From: an uncultured Pseudomonadales bacterium
GTDB taxonomy: Bacteria > Patescibacteriota > Microgenomatia > UBA1400 > PJMF01
Direction of reading: 5' to 3'
Length of the DNA: 41,769 nucleotides
NCBI GenBank assembly: GCA_964511345.1
Contig: CAZEEV010000003.1
Coordinates: 1 to 41,769 of the forward strand
The notes beneath the pieces are model-generated. The model saw only the letters and a program-made list of their open reading frames with translations. It was not told the origin of the DNA and ran no database searches. Below, piece by piece: positions 25,305 to 33,405 of this stretch (position 1 is its first letter; every line of letters begins with the position of its first letter). The position numbers and the translations under genes were made by a program.

Positions 25305-27326
25305 ATGTTGGCTTCTTATTTACGCAAAATAGCAAAAATTAGTTGTTTAGTTGTAAGTTTTTTCAGTTTATTTTTTGCTTCAGCAAGAGACTCTTTAGCT
25401 CAAAGTGGTGTCGAAAATTTTGACATTTCGCTACACAGTACTTATACCATCACTGCCACCGGCAAAGCTTTGGTTGAACAAAAATTCACTATCAAAAATA
25501 AAACCCCAGAACTCTTTGTTAGCAAATATGGCATTGTCGTTAGTTCCACTAATTTGGAAAATATCGCCATCACTCATAATGGTAAAAAGCTAGAACACTC
25601 TATTACCAAACAAAAAGGTCAAACCTCTATTGGTGTGACTTTCGAAGATAAAATCGTGGGCGAGAATAAAACTAACGAGCTTGTGATCAGCTACACTGAC
25701 CAAGACATTGCTCTAATTAGTGGCAAAATTTTGGAAATTAATATTCCTCAACTGGCTGACCATGATCAGTATCAAACTTATCAGCTAGAATTGCGCGTGC
25801 CAAGTATTTTTGACACCCCAAGTCGCATTAATCCCAATAATTTCAGTTTAAAACAAGAGGGAGATTACAATGTTATTACTTACAGCGATCTCGAAAACCA
25901 GTCAGTCTCTGCTATTTTCGGCAATAAACAAGTTTTTGAATTAAAACTCAATTATTATTTGAATAATCCCACCAGTCAAAGTGCCTTGACTCAAATTACT
26001 CTGCCACCAGAAACGCCTTATCAAAAAGTGTACTACTTCAACCTCGATCCAATGCCTAAAAATATCAAGGAAGATGCTGACGGTAACTTTATCGCTACCT
26101 ATGAAATCCCAGCTAATAATTCTTTCAATGTCGAGCTACTGGCACAAGTTTTATTAACTTTATCAGCTGATCCATTAGTACCTTTTAGTTCTGTTCTGCC
26201 AGAACATCTGCAAGAACAAAAATTCTGGGAAGTTGATCAATTTCCTATTATTGAATTAGCTAAAAATTTGCACAACCCCAAAGATATATCTAATTTTGTA
26301 GTCGAAAAACTTACTTATACTAATCAACCTCTAAATCAAGATTTCGTGCGTTTGGGTGCTCTTGGTGCCATCAAAGAAGAAAATTCAAGCAATGCTACCT
26401 GCCAAGAGTTCACTGATCTTTTTGTGACTCTAGCTAGACAAAATAGAATTCCTACTCGCAGAGTAGTGGGCATTGCTTATTCTAATAACGAAGAATTGCG
26501 CCCTAGTAATTTAAATAGCGATATTTTACATACCTGGCCAGAATACTACGATCAAGAACAGCAAGCTTGGCTTAGAATCGATCCAACTTGGGAAGACACC
26601 ACGGGTGGCATCGATTATTTTAATAATTTTGATCTTAACCATATTGCTTTGGCTATCAACGGTGTTTCTAGCTCGTTGCCATATTCAGCCGGGTCTTATT
26701 CTGGTGAGCTTGATGAAAAAAATAAAAAAATTTTTCTAGATTTTTCCAAAGAAAATCTGCCCACAATCAATCCTGAATTTGAAATTAATTTAGTCAATAA
26801 AAAGATTTATGGCTTAAATATACCAGGCAATTATGAGGTGCAAATTTTAAATAAAACCGGCATGGTTTGGTACTTTAAGGAGATTAAGATTGATGGAGAA
26901 AAAGTAGATATTAATATCAACCAAGATCAGGAAATTCAAAAAATCCTGCCATTTGCTAAAATAGTCCTTCCTATCACCGTTTATAATAGAGATGGTAACC
27001 TACAATATCAAACAAAAATTAAAGTTGCTACTGTTCTAAAAGAAGGACAAATCACTAATCATGAGTTCACAGTCAACACTAGCCTCCAATTCAAAATTGC
27101 CAATCCGCAAAAAGCCATTCTTGTGGGAAGCGGTCTTATCATCTTTGCCATCGCTACCTGGAGTTTATTCTTTCTTGGACGAAAACTCGCAAATTCTTTA
27201 CGTAGGCAAGGCCAAAAACTTGAAGAAAAGGATCACCAGCTACAAGCGATCTCCACTGCTCTCAAAGAAAATCAAGAAAATGACGGAGTTGGCAAGAAAA
27301 GTAGAGTATCAAGTTCTCGAAAGTGA
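25305..27326 (+). CDS. secreted, C-terminally TM-anchored transglutaminase-like (papain-fold) protein with intact Cys-His-Asp triad
   Basis: Signal peptide ISCLVVSFFSLFFASARDSLA. NATCQEFTDLFVTLARQNRIPTRRVVG (Cys366), LHTWPEYY (His409), RIDPTWED (Asp426). C-terminal TM AILVGSGLIIFAIATWSLFFLG followed by a basic tail. Confidence 0.75.
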   Translation: MLASYLRKIAKISCLVVSFFSLFFASARDSLAQSGVENFDISLHSTYTITATGKALVEQKFTIKNKTPELFVSKYGIVVSSTNLENIAITHNGKKLEHSITKQKGQTSIGVTFEDKIVGENKTNELVISYTDQDIALISGKILEINIPQLADHDQYQTYQLELRVPSIFDTPSRINPNNFSLKQEGDYNVITYSDLENQSVSAIFGNKQVFELKLNYYLNNPTSQSALTQITLPPETPYQKVYYFNLDPMPKNIKEDADGNFIATYEIPANNSFNVELLAQVLLTLSADPLVPFSSVLPEHLQEQKFWEVDQFPIIELAKNLHNPKDISNFVVEKLTYTNQPLNQDFVRLGALGAIKEENSSNATCQEFTDLFVTLARQNRIPTRRVVGIAYSNNEELRPSNLNSDILHTWPEYYDQEQQAWLRIDPTWEDTTGGIDYFNNFDLNHIALAINGVSSSLPYSAGSYSGELDEKNKKIFLDFSKENLPTINPEFEINLVNKKIYGLNIPGNYEVQILNKTGMVWYFKEIKIDGEKVDININQDQEIQKILPFAKIVLPITVYNRDGNLQYQTKIKVATVLKEGQITNHEFTVNTSLQFKIANPQKAILVGSGLIIFAIATWSLFFLGRKLANSLRRQGQKLEEKDHQLQAISTALKENQENDGVGKKSRVSSSRK

Positions 27327-28431
27327 AATTGAAGCCTTACTAATCGAGGCAGAACTAATCAAAGCTCATCAGCCATATTTTAATAGTCTACTCAAAGATG
27401 ATAAATCTAACATTTATCTTCTAATCACTAATGAGAATTTTCCAAGGATTCTGCGTGTTCGCAGAACTGATTTAAATAAAAAAATCTATCAAAACAAATT
27501 GACTCTCTTTGGACCATTTACCAGTGCTTTTAAGTTGGCAGAACTTTTGAAAATTATTCGCCCCATTTTTAAGTGGTGCAACCAAGCCAATGGCACTAAA
27601 CCAAAAACTTGCTTTTATCATCATCTCGACCTATGTTCTGGCGCTTGTTGCCATGAAATAAACGCCTTAGAGTATCGAAAAGATATCGACCAATTAATCT
27701 TATTTCTCAAAGGACGAAAAAAAGATTTGTTGAAAAAGCTGAAAAAAGAGATGACAACATTAGCTGACACGGAAGCTTTTGAAAAAGCTTTAATCATAAA
27801 AAATAAAATTCAATTAATTGAAGAAATTACCAATCACAAATATAAATTAAAAACTGATCTTATTTTGCCAAATTTTTCTCAAGAAGAAAACCAAGAAGCC
27901 TTGGTACATCTCAGGCACATTTTGCATCAAGAAGGCATAGTTGATGTCAAACAGCAATTTCAGCGTATTGAAGGTTATGACGTTAGTAATACTTCTGGAC
28001 AAAACGCTACTGTTTCCATGGTAGTTTTAACCAATGGTGAAATAGACCAGAGTCAATATAAATTTTTCAAAATTCGCTCTCTAAGCACTCCTAATGATTA
28101 CGGCATGTTGCAAGAAGCCTTAACTCGCAGACAAAAGCACTTAGAGTGGGGTAGTCCTGACCTTGTTTTGATTGATGGTGGTAAAGGACAGGTTAGAGCA
28201 GTAGCAAAAGTTTGGAAGAACCAAACTCCACTAATTGGCTTAGTGAAAAATCCAGACAGATTGGTCGTTCTTATTCCAGAAAAAAATCAAGGACATGGTT
28301 TAGAAACAAAAATTATCCCTCTCCAAGCAAATCATCCTACTCTTAAAATGCTACAAAGATTACGTGATGAAGCCCATCGCTTTGCCAAAAAACAACACTC
28401 TCGACTTAGAACCAAAAATCTTTTACAATGA
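27061..28431 (+). CDS. uvrC: excinuclease ABC subunit C, short form lacking the C-terminal (HhH)2 domain
   Basis: GIY-YIG (PGVYSFLDENSQILYVGKAKNLKKRITSY). UVR domain (LKKLKKEMTTLADTEAFEKALIIKNKIQLIEEI). Endonuclease domain (RIEGYDVSN...LIDGGKGQV...RLRDEAHRFA). Ends 13 aa after DEAHRFA. Overlaps the upstream ORF by 266 nt in another frame. Confidence 0.88.
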   Translation: MSSQSTLASNSKLPIRKKPFLWEAVLSSLPSLPGVYSFLDENSQILYVGKAKNLKKRITSYKRSPLLSKKIKKMTELARKVEYQVLESEIEALLIEAELIKAHQPYFNSLLKDDKSNIYLLITNENFPRILRVRRTDLNKKIYQNKLTLFGPFTSAFKLAELLKIIRPIFKWCNQANGTKPKTCFYHHLDLCSGACCHEINALEYRKDIDQLILFLKGRKKDLLKKLKKEMTTLADTEAFEKALIIKNKIQLIEEITNHKYKLKTDLILPNFSQEENQEALVHLRHILHQEGIVDVKQQFQRIEGYDVSNTSGQNATVSMVVLTNGEIDQSQYKFFKIRSLSTPNDYGMLQEALTRRQKHLEWGSPDLVLIDGGKGQVRAVAKVWKNQTPLIGLVKNPDRLVVLIPEKNQGHGLETKIIPLQANHPTLKMLQRLRDEAHRFAKKQHSRLRTKNLLQ

Positions 28432-28435
28432 ACTT

Positions 28436-28798
28436 ATGAAATTCATTAAAGCAGTCATTACTTCTGTTTTAACTATTGCTATTTTAGCCTGGCTTTTCCC
28501 GAATATTAGTTATAACAATTCTGTCACTCTTATCGTAACTGGTCTTGTTTTAACTTTACTTGAAAAAATCATTAGACCAATTCTTAAAATCTTATTTTTA
28601 CCTATCAATGTAGTTACATTAGGTCTATTTTCTCTAGTGATCAATGTCTTTATTCTTTATTTAGCCACCTATTTTGTCCCGGGGTTTGTCATTGAAAACG
28701 TTGTTATTTTTGGCATTCACCTTAACCAGTTCTTTTCACTACTTTTTGCCTCTGCCTTAATCGGCTTTTTCCAGGGAGTTTTTTCTTTAATTTTATAG
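28436..28798 (+). CDS. small 4-TM membrane protein, phage-holin-4_2/DUF360 (YvlD-like) family
   Basis: 120 aa. IIRPILKILFLPINVVTLGLFSLVINVFILYLATYFVPGF is the characteristic core of this family. ATG 28436 lies 4 nt after the uvrC stop. Confidence 0.55.
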   Translation: MKFIKAVITSVLTIAILAWLFPNISYNNSVTLIVTGLVLTLLEKIIRPILKILFLPINVVTLGLFSLVINVFILYLATYFVPGFVIENVVIFGIHLNQFFSLLFASALIGFFQGVFSLIL

Positions 28799-28816
28799 AA
28801 ATCTAAACTCCCAAAA

Positions 28817-28825
28817 TGCTATAAT
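28817..28825 (+). promoter_or_regulatory. consensus extended -10 promoter (TGCTATAAT) 6 nt before ATG 28832
   Basis: Perfect TGnTATAAT. A transcription start 7 nt downstream would coincide with the A of the ATG, giving a leaderless operon mRNA. Confidence 0.55.
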
Positions 28826-28831
28826 AAACAA

Positions 28832-29848
28832 ATGAAAATCACTAAACCTGCCGTTATTGTATTTTTTCTATTTCAATTTTTTACCAGTGCCTTGATCAGC
28901 GGAAATTTGGTACAGGCTCAATTAGCTCCAGCCAAAAGTGCTAGTATTCCTGCCGTTACTGTTACCAATGAAGCCACTATGGCAGCAGAGGCTACAGATA
29001 GCGCCAAACTTTCCTCGCCCTCAGCCGAGGTTGTCGAGAAATTGCAACAAAAAACTGATCAAGATATTACTGAAACCAGTGGTCAAAAGAAAAGTGTCCT
29101 AGCTGCTTATTTAGATGAGCACCCAGTTGGTAAATTGAGCTGGCACAACTTTTTGCAAAAAGCGATTCGCAAATCTATCGCTAGCGGCATGCCTGCTAAC
29201 ATTATTGTGATTCTATTGATTTTTCCAATCATCGCCTCTCTCGTGGCTTTTTCTAGACATGTAGTTGGTTTGAAAGGTTTTGGTATTTATATTCCTGCCG
29301 TTTTGTCAGTCGCTTTTGTTTCCACTGGCATTGTGCCAGGAATAGTGGTGTTTTTGGCAGTTTTATTAACTGCCTTGTTTACTAGACCAATTCTCAAAAA
29401 ATTTAGACTACCTATTTTACCCAGAACAGCCATGTTACTGATGGGCGTCTCTGTAGCCATATTAGCACTGATGTTGATTGGCTCTATTTACAGCATTGAT
29501 TTGGTGATCGATATTAGTATTTTCCCTCTGTTAATTATTATTCTTTTGACTGAAAATTTTATGGAAACACAACTTTTTAATAGTCAAAAAGAAGCTTTAC
29601 AAATCACTTTTGAAACCTTACTGATTGCCGTACTTTGTTCACTTATTATTGGTTCTGAACCAATTCAAAAATTCGTGATTTTACGACCAGAAATGACTCT
29701 CATTGGTGTGGCTTTAATTAATCTCGCCATCGGCAAATATACCGGATTACGTTTTCTAGAATATCTAAGATTTAAAGACTTGTTAGATCCTAAAACTAAA
29801 TTCAAAGAAAGCTCCTCAGAAAATAATTCGCAAGAAGAAGAGGAATAA
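28832..29848 (+). CDS. 7-TM membrane protein of the 7TM_transglut type, with acidic C-terminal tail -SQEEEE
   Basis: Signal-like N-terminus, about 120-aa exposed segment, then about 7 helices. Motifs SRHVVGLKGFGIYIPAVLSVAF and IGKYTGLRFLEYLRF match my memory of the 7TM module usually fused to an inactive transglutaminase. Confidence 0.6.
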   Translation: MKITKPAVIVFFLFQFFTSALISGNLVQAQLAPAKSASIPAVTVTNEATMAAEATDSAKLSSPSAEVVEKLQQKTDQDITETSGQKKSVLAAYLDEHPVGKLSWHNFLQKAIRKSIASGMPANIIVILLIFPIIASLVAFSRHVVGLKGFGIYIPAVLSVAFVSTGIVPGIVVFLAVLLTALFTRPILKKFRLPILPRTAMLLMGVSVAILALMLIGSIYSIDLVIDISIFPLLIIILLTENFMETQLFNSQKEALQITFETLLIAVLCSLIIGSEPIQKFVILRPEMTLIGVALINLAIGKYTGLRFLEYLRFKDLLDPKTKFKESSSENNSQEEEE

Positions 29849-29853
29849 AACTC

Positions 29854-31140
29854 ATGTTTGTGAATAAAGCTAAAGACCTCTTGGGGATTAACGCACGCAA
29901 TTCGCTGTATTTGAGTCGTAGCTCAAATAAAGTAAAAGCTATTGTGCGTTCCAAATATGCCACGAAAATTTTACTAAGAGACAATAATATTGCTACTGCC
30001 GAAATCTATGGCATTCTTGGCACCCATGAAGATATTACTGATTTCAATTGGCAAAATTTAGTTAAAAATTTTGTGATTAAACCAACTAATGGTTATGCTG
30101 GCACTGGTGTTGTAGCTTTCAGAGAAAAAGTTACTGAAGATACCTGGATTGATATGCTCGGCAATAAATGGAATTTGGCTGACATCAAATTACATTGTGA
30201 CGATATTTTATCAGGACAATATAGCATCCACGGACTCAATCACAATGTAATCATTGAAGAAAGAATTCCTATTCATCCTAAATTATTGAAGTATTCATAC
30301 AAAGGCACTCCAGACATCAGAGTGGTAGTTTTTAATAGCGTACCAGTGATGGCCATGCTGCGTTTACCAACTGAAGAGTCGGGTGGTCGCGCCAATGTAA
30401 CTCAAGGAGCTTTGGCTGTCGGTATAGATATTGCTACAGGTATTACCACTCATGCTGTCGCTCACAAAAGTGAACCTATTAATTATCTCCCCGGAACTAA
30501 AAAAAAGTTAAACGGCATCATTATTCCAGAATGGAACTCTATCTTGGAAACTGCAGTTATCGCTAGTAATGCCGCTGAACTTTATTTTGCTGGAGTTGAC
30601 CTTTTTATTCACAAAGACAAAGGACCCATGGTGGTTGAAATTAATGCTGCTCCGGGATTATCTATTCAGGCAGCCAATCGTGCTGGATTACGCAGAAGAT
30701 TGGAAAGAGTAGAAGATTTAAATATTCAAAATCCTAAACACGGAGTAAAAGTAGCTCAGGCACTATTTGCCAGTGATTTTGCCTCTAAAATAAAAAACAA
30801 GGCAGATTTTCCAATTGTCGGTTTATATGAAGAAATTGTTGTTTGGGGAGACAATAAACAAAAAATGGAAACGATTGCTTTTCTTAATACCGGACGCTTT
30901 AGTAGTGCTATTGCCAAAAAGCTAGCTCAGGAGCTAGGTTTAATCGATGTTGATGATTTATTATGGTTTCAATCTGAACAAGAAGAAGGTAAAGTACCAG
31001 TGGTTGAAGTAAAATTCAAGTTGAAAGAAAAAATTGTTAAAACGACCATGATCGTGAGTAACAAGTTAAATAATAAAAAACAAAAAATTGAAATTGGACG
31101 CAAAGATTTAAAGAACTTTGTGATTCGTTTTGATGAATAA
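29854..31140 (+). CDS. RimK-related ATP-grasp ligase (alpha-L-glutamate ligase-like / ATPgrasp_ST) fused to a degenerate retropepsin-like (RimB/Zn_protease-type) C-terminal domain
   Basis: GINARNSLYL, FVIKPTNGYAGTGV, PDIRVVVFNSVPVMAMLRLPTEESGGRANVTQGALAVGIDIATG, VVEINAAPGLSIQAANRAGLRRRLE. The C-terminal 110 aa has IVGLYEEIVV...IAFLNTGRFSSAI...IEIGRKDLKNFVIRFD. Confidence 0.75.
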   Translation: MFVNKAKDLLGINARNSLYLSRSSNKVKAIVRSKYATKILLRDNNIATAEIYGILGTHEDITDFNWQNLVKNFVIKPTNGYAGTGVVAFREKVTEDTWIDMLGNKWNLADIKLHCDDILSGQYSIHGLNHNVIIEERIPIHPKLLKYSYKGTPDIRVVVFNSVPVMAMLRLPTEESGGRANVTQGALAVGIDIATGITTHAVAHKSEPINYLPGTKKKLNGIIIPEWNSILETAVIASNAAELYFAGVDLFIHKDKGPMVVEINAAPGLSIQAANRAGLRRRLERVEDLNIQNPKHGVKVAQALFASDFASKIKNKADFPIVGLYEEIVVWGDNKQKMETIAFLNTGRFSSAIAKKLAQELGLIDVDDLLWFQSEQEEGKVPVVEVKFKLKEKIVKTTMIVSNKLNNKKQKIEIGRKDLKNFVIRFDE

Positions 31141-31150
31141 GAAATAAAAC

Positions 31151-32116
31151 ATGGCCAAACTCAGCGATCTTATCCCAATTAATCTCGATGAAGAAAAAGC
31201 CAAATTTTTTACTGCTAACTTTGACTATAATCCTCAATTTGTTTATCAAAATAATATTTTGAAAACGGACTTGGAAAAATATGGTAAACCAAAATGGTGG
31301 TATCTATTTCTAGCCAAAAGAATTCTCAATCAGTACTTAAAAAATCAAACAACCGCTCAAACTGCAAATAGTACTAACGAGTTTATTGAACAAAATGTCA
31401 TCGAAGAAAAAATCAAACAAAGATTAGACTATTACGACCTAGCAAATCAATACGAAATTATTTTTTCAAAAAATTTTATTAGTCGCATTGCTATTAATAA
31501 CAGCAAAAAAAATATCAAAATACGTCTGCCCATTAAAATAAATTCAAATGAAATTGAGGCTACTCTCAATCATGAAATTGAGACACACATTTTAAGACAG
31601 CTTAACTATGAGCAGCAACCATGGTTTAGAAAGAAGAAAAAATACGGTTTTAAGCCATACCTGCGCACCGAAGAGGGTTTGGCTGTGATCAACGAATTAA
31701 TTGTTAGCGATAATCAACTCGCTTACAAATCCGCCATGAATTATTTAGCAGTTAATCTTGCTTTGAAAAGTGATTTTAAAACTGTCTTTAATTTTTTTCA
31801 CCAAATCAATCATAATCCTGAACGAGCTTGGACTTGGACTCTAAAAAAGAAAAGAGGTTTAACTGATACTAAACAAAAAGGCGCCTTTACCAAGGATTTA
31901 GTCTACTTTGAAGGATTAATCGAAGTTTTAAACTACCTTAAAAAAAATCAATATGATGCCACTAAACTCTATTATGGGAAAATAAGTGTGAATGATATTA
32001 AAAAAGCTGAAAAAATTGGAGTAAACAAACAACTGATTTTACCCAAATTTTTAACTGAAAATACCAAAGAATATATCAGTGCACTCAAAGAATTACGCAG
32101 TTGCAATTTGCTCTAA
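31151..32116 (+). CDS. DUF1704 / QEGLA-motif family metallopeptidase (MATCAP-like, HExxxH)
   Basis: HEIETH (res 141-146), QQPW, LRTEEGLAVINE (res 171-182). This arrangement is characteristic of DUF1704, the family containing the eukaryotic tyrosine carboxypeptidase MATCAP/KIAA0895L. Confidence 0.7.
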   Translation: MAKLSDLIPINLDEEKAKFFTANFDYNPQFVYQNNILKTDLEKYGKPKWWYLFLAKRILNQYLKNQTTAQTANSTNEFIEQNVIEEKIKQRLDYYDLANQYEIIFSKNFISRIAINNSKKNIKIRLPIKINSNEIEATLNHEIETHILRQLNYEQQPWFRKKKKYGFKPYLRTEEGLAVINELIVSDNQLAYKSAMNYLAVNLALKSDFKTVFNFFHQINHNPERAWTWTLKKKRGLTDTKQKGAFTKDLVYFEGLIEVLNYLKKNQYDATKLYYGKISVNDIKKAEKIGVNKQLILPKFLTENTKEYISALKELRSCNLL

Positions 32117-32118
32117 AA

Positions 32119-33399
32119 TTACGGTGCTTCGATTTCTGCGTACACTGCCTGCTCGACCCACTGCACAAGTTGCTCGTACTCATTTCTGTCGTCACAAGCA
32201 ATAATAAATTCCGCCAAAGCATGACCACCATTTTTAGCCTGATAACAAAACTGTTGCGGCTTAGCAAATAATTTGTACATCACTACTTGTGATTGGGTAA
32301 TTAATTCGTTCCATCCATGCAATTTGACTAGACGCCCCGATTTATCTGGATAAATACTATAAGCTGCGACATACTTCTTTAAGATGTTTGGGATAGTTGG
32401 GGAAAGACCAAGATGAATTTTAATGTCATTATAAGAATGATCTATGTCGTAACCATAAAAATACATATTTTGTCTAAAACGACCAATTCTAGGACCAAGT
32501 TCAATAATTTTCCAGCCACTGCTAGTTAAGATCATTTCAATGTGTGCTGTAGAATTGCGCAAGCCCACTGCTTGAATAGCTTTGCTAGCTGCTAGCTGAC
32601 CAGCCTTAATTTGTTCCTCATTTAATTTGGTCGGTAGAAAGCGTTTGTAAAGAAAAAAATCATCAATACCTAACTGTTTGGCTGGAATATAAGCAATAAG
32701 TGGACAAAAATAAGTAGTTCCAATTGAATCTGTGTAAGTATCGATTGAATAAAAATCTCCTTCCAAGTATTCTTCCACAATGACCTGGGGGGATTCTAAG
32801 CGTTCTTCTTGACAATAAATTTCATTAATTTTGGTAAACGTATCTTGTAAAGAGGTCGTCAGCTCATCAATGTCAAAGCAAGATTGAATCAATAAACTAG
32901 AAGCTAACTGAGCTGGTTTAATAATGACCGGAAATTTTAATTTATTGGTAATCGCAGCGATTGAATTGGCAGAAGCATCGCTCACTTCGATAAACTGAGG
33001 AGTAATCTCCGGATAAAGATTGGTGAAGGCCGTACGCATCATTTTTTTATTAGTACTCACTTCCAAAGCATTTGAGTCAGCTATTAATATGTCTTTTGGC
33101 AAGTAAGGAATCACACGACGCAAATACTGTATTTGTTTATCACCTCTGCAAATCACGCCAACTATTTGATCTCTGTATTTAGACAGAGCTCCAATTATTG
33201 CCTCTTGGTTTGAAAAGTCACATATCAATATATCAGCTAATTGTGTTACATACTCTTGATCAATCTGTTTGTTGGACTCGCTAGTAATTAATAAAAGTTC
33301 AGTGTTTGCATAATCAGCATATTCTTTTTTTAATTTATCTAATGCTGGAAAGATGCTATTGGCTAAATGATCAATGATTAATAAGTATTTTTTCGACAT
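32119..33399 (-). CDS. ATP-grasp enzyme, L-amino-acid-ligase / carboxylate-amine ligase-like
   Basis: 426 aa. A pre-ATP-grasp Rossmann-like N-domain, then KFPVIIKPAQLASSLLI, VIVEEYLEGDFYSIDTY, STAHIEMILTSSGWKIIELGPRIGR. Confidence 0.7.
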   Translation of the reverse strand: MSKKYLLIIDHLANSIFPALDKLKKEYADYANTELLLITSESNKQIDQEYVTQLADILICDFSNQEAIIGALSKYRDQIVGVICRGDKQIQYLRRVIPYLPKDILIADSNALEVSTNKKMMRTAFTNLYPEITPQFIEVSDASANSIAAITNKLKFPVIIKPAQLASSLLIQSCFDIDELTTSLQDTFTKINEIYCQEERLESPQVIVEEYLEGDFYSIDTYTDSIGTTYFCPLIAYIPAKQLGIDDFFLYKRFLPTKLNEEQIKAGQLAASKAIQAVGLRNSTAHIEMILTSSGWKIIELGPRIGRFRQNMYFYGYDIDHSYNDIKIHLGLSPTIPNILKKYVAAYSIYPDKSGRLVKLHGWNELITQSQVVMYKLFAKPQQFCYQAKNGGHALAEFIIACDDRNEYEQLVQWVEQAVYAEIEAP

Positions 33400-33405
33400 G
33401 AAGCA

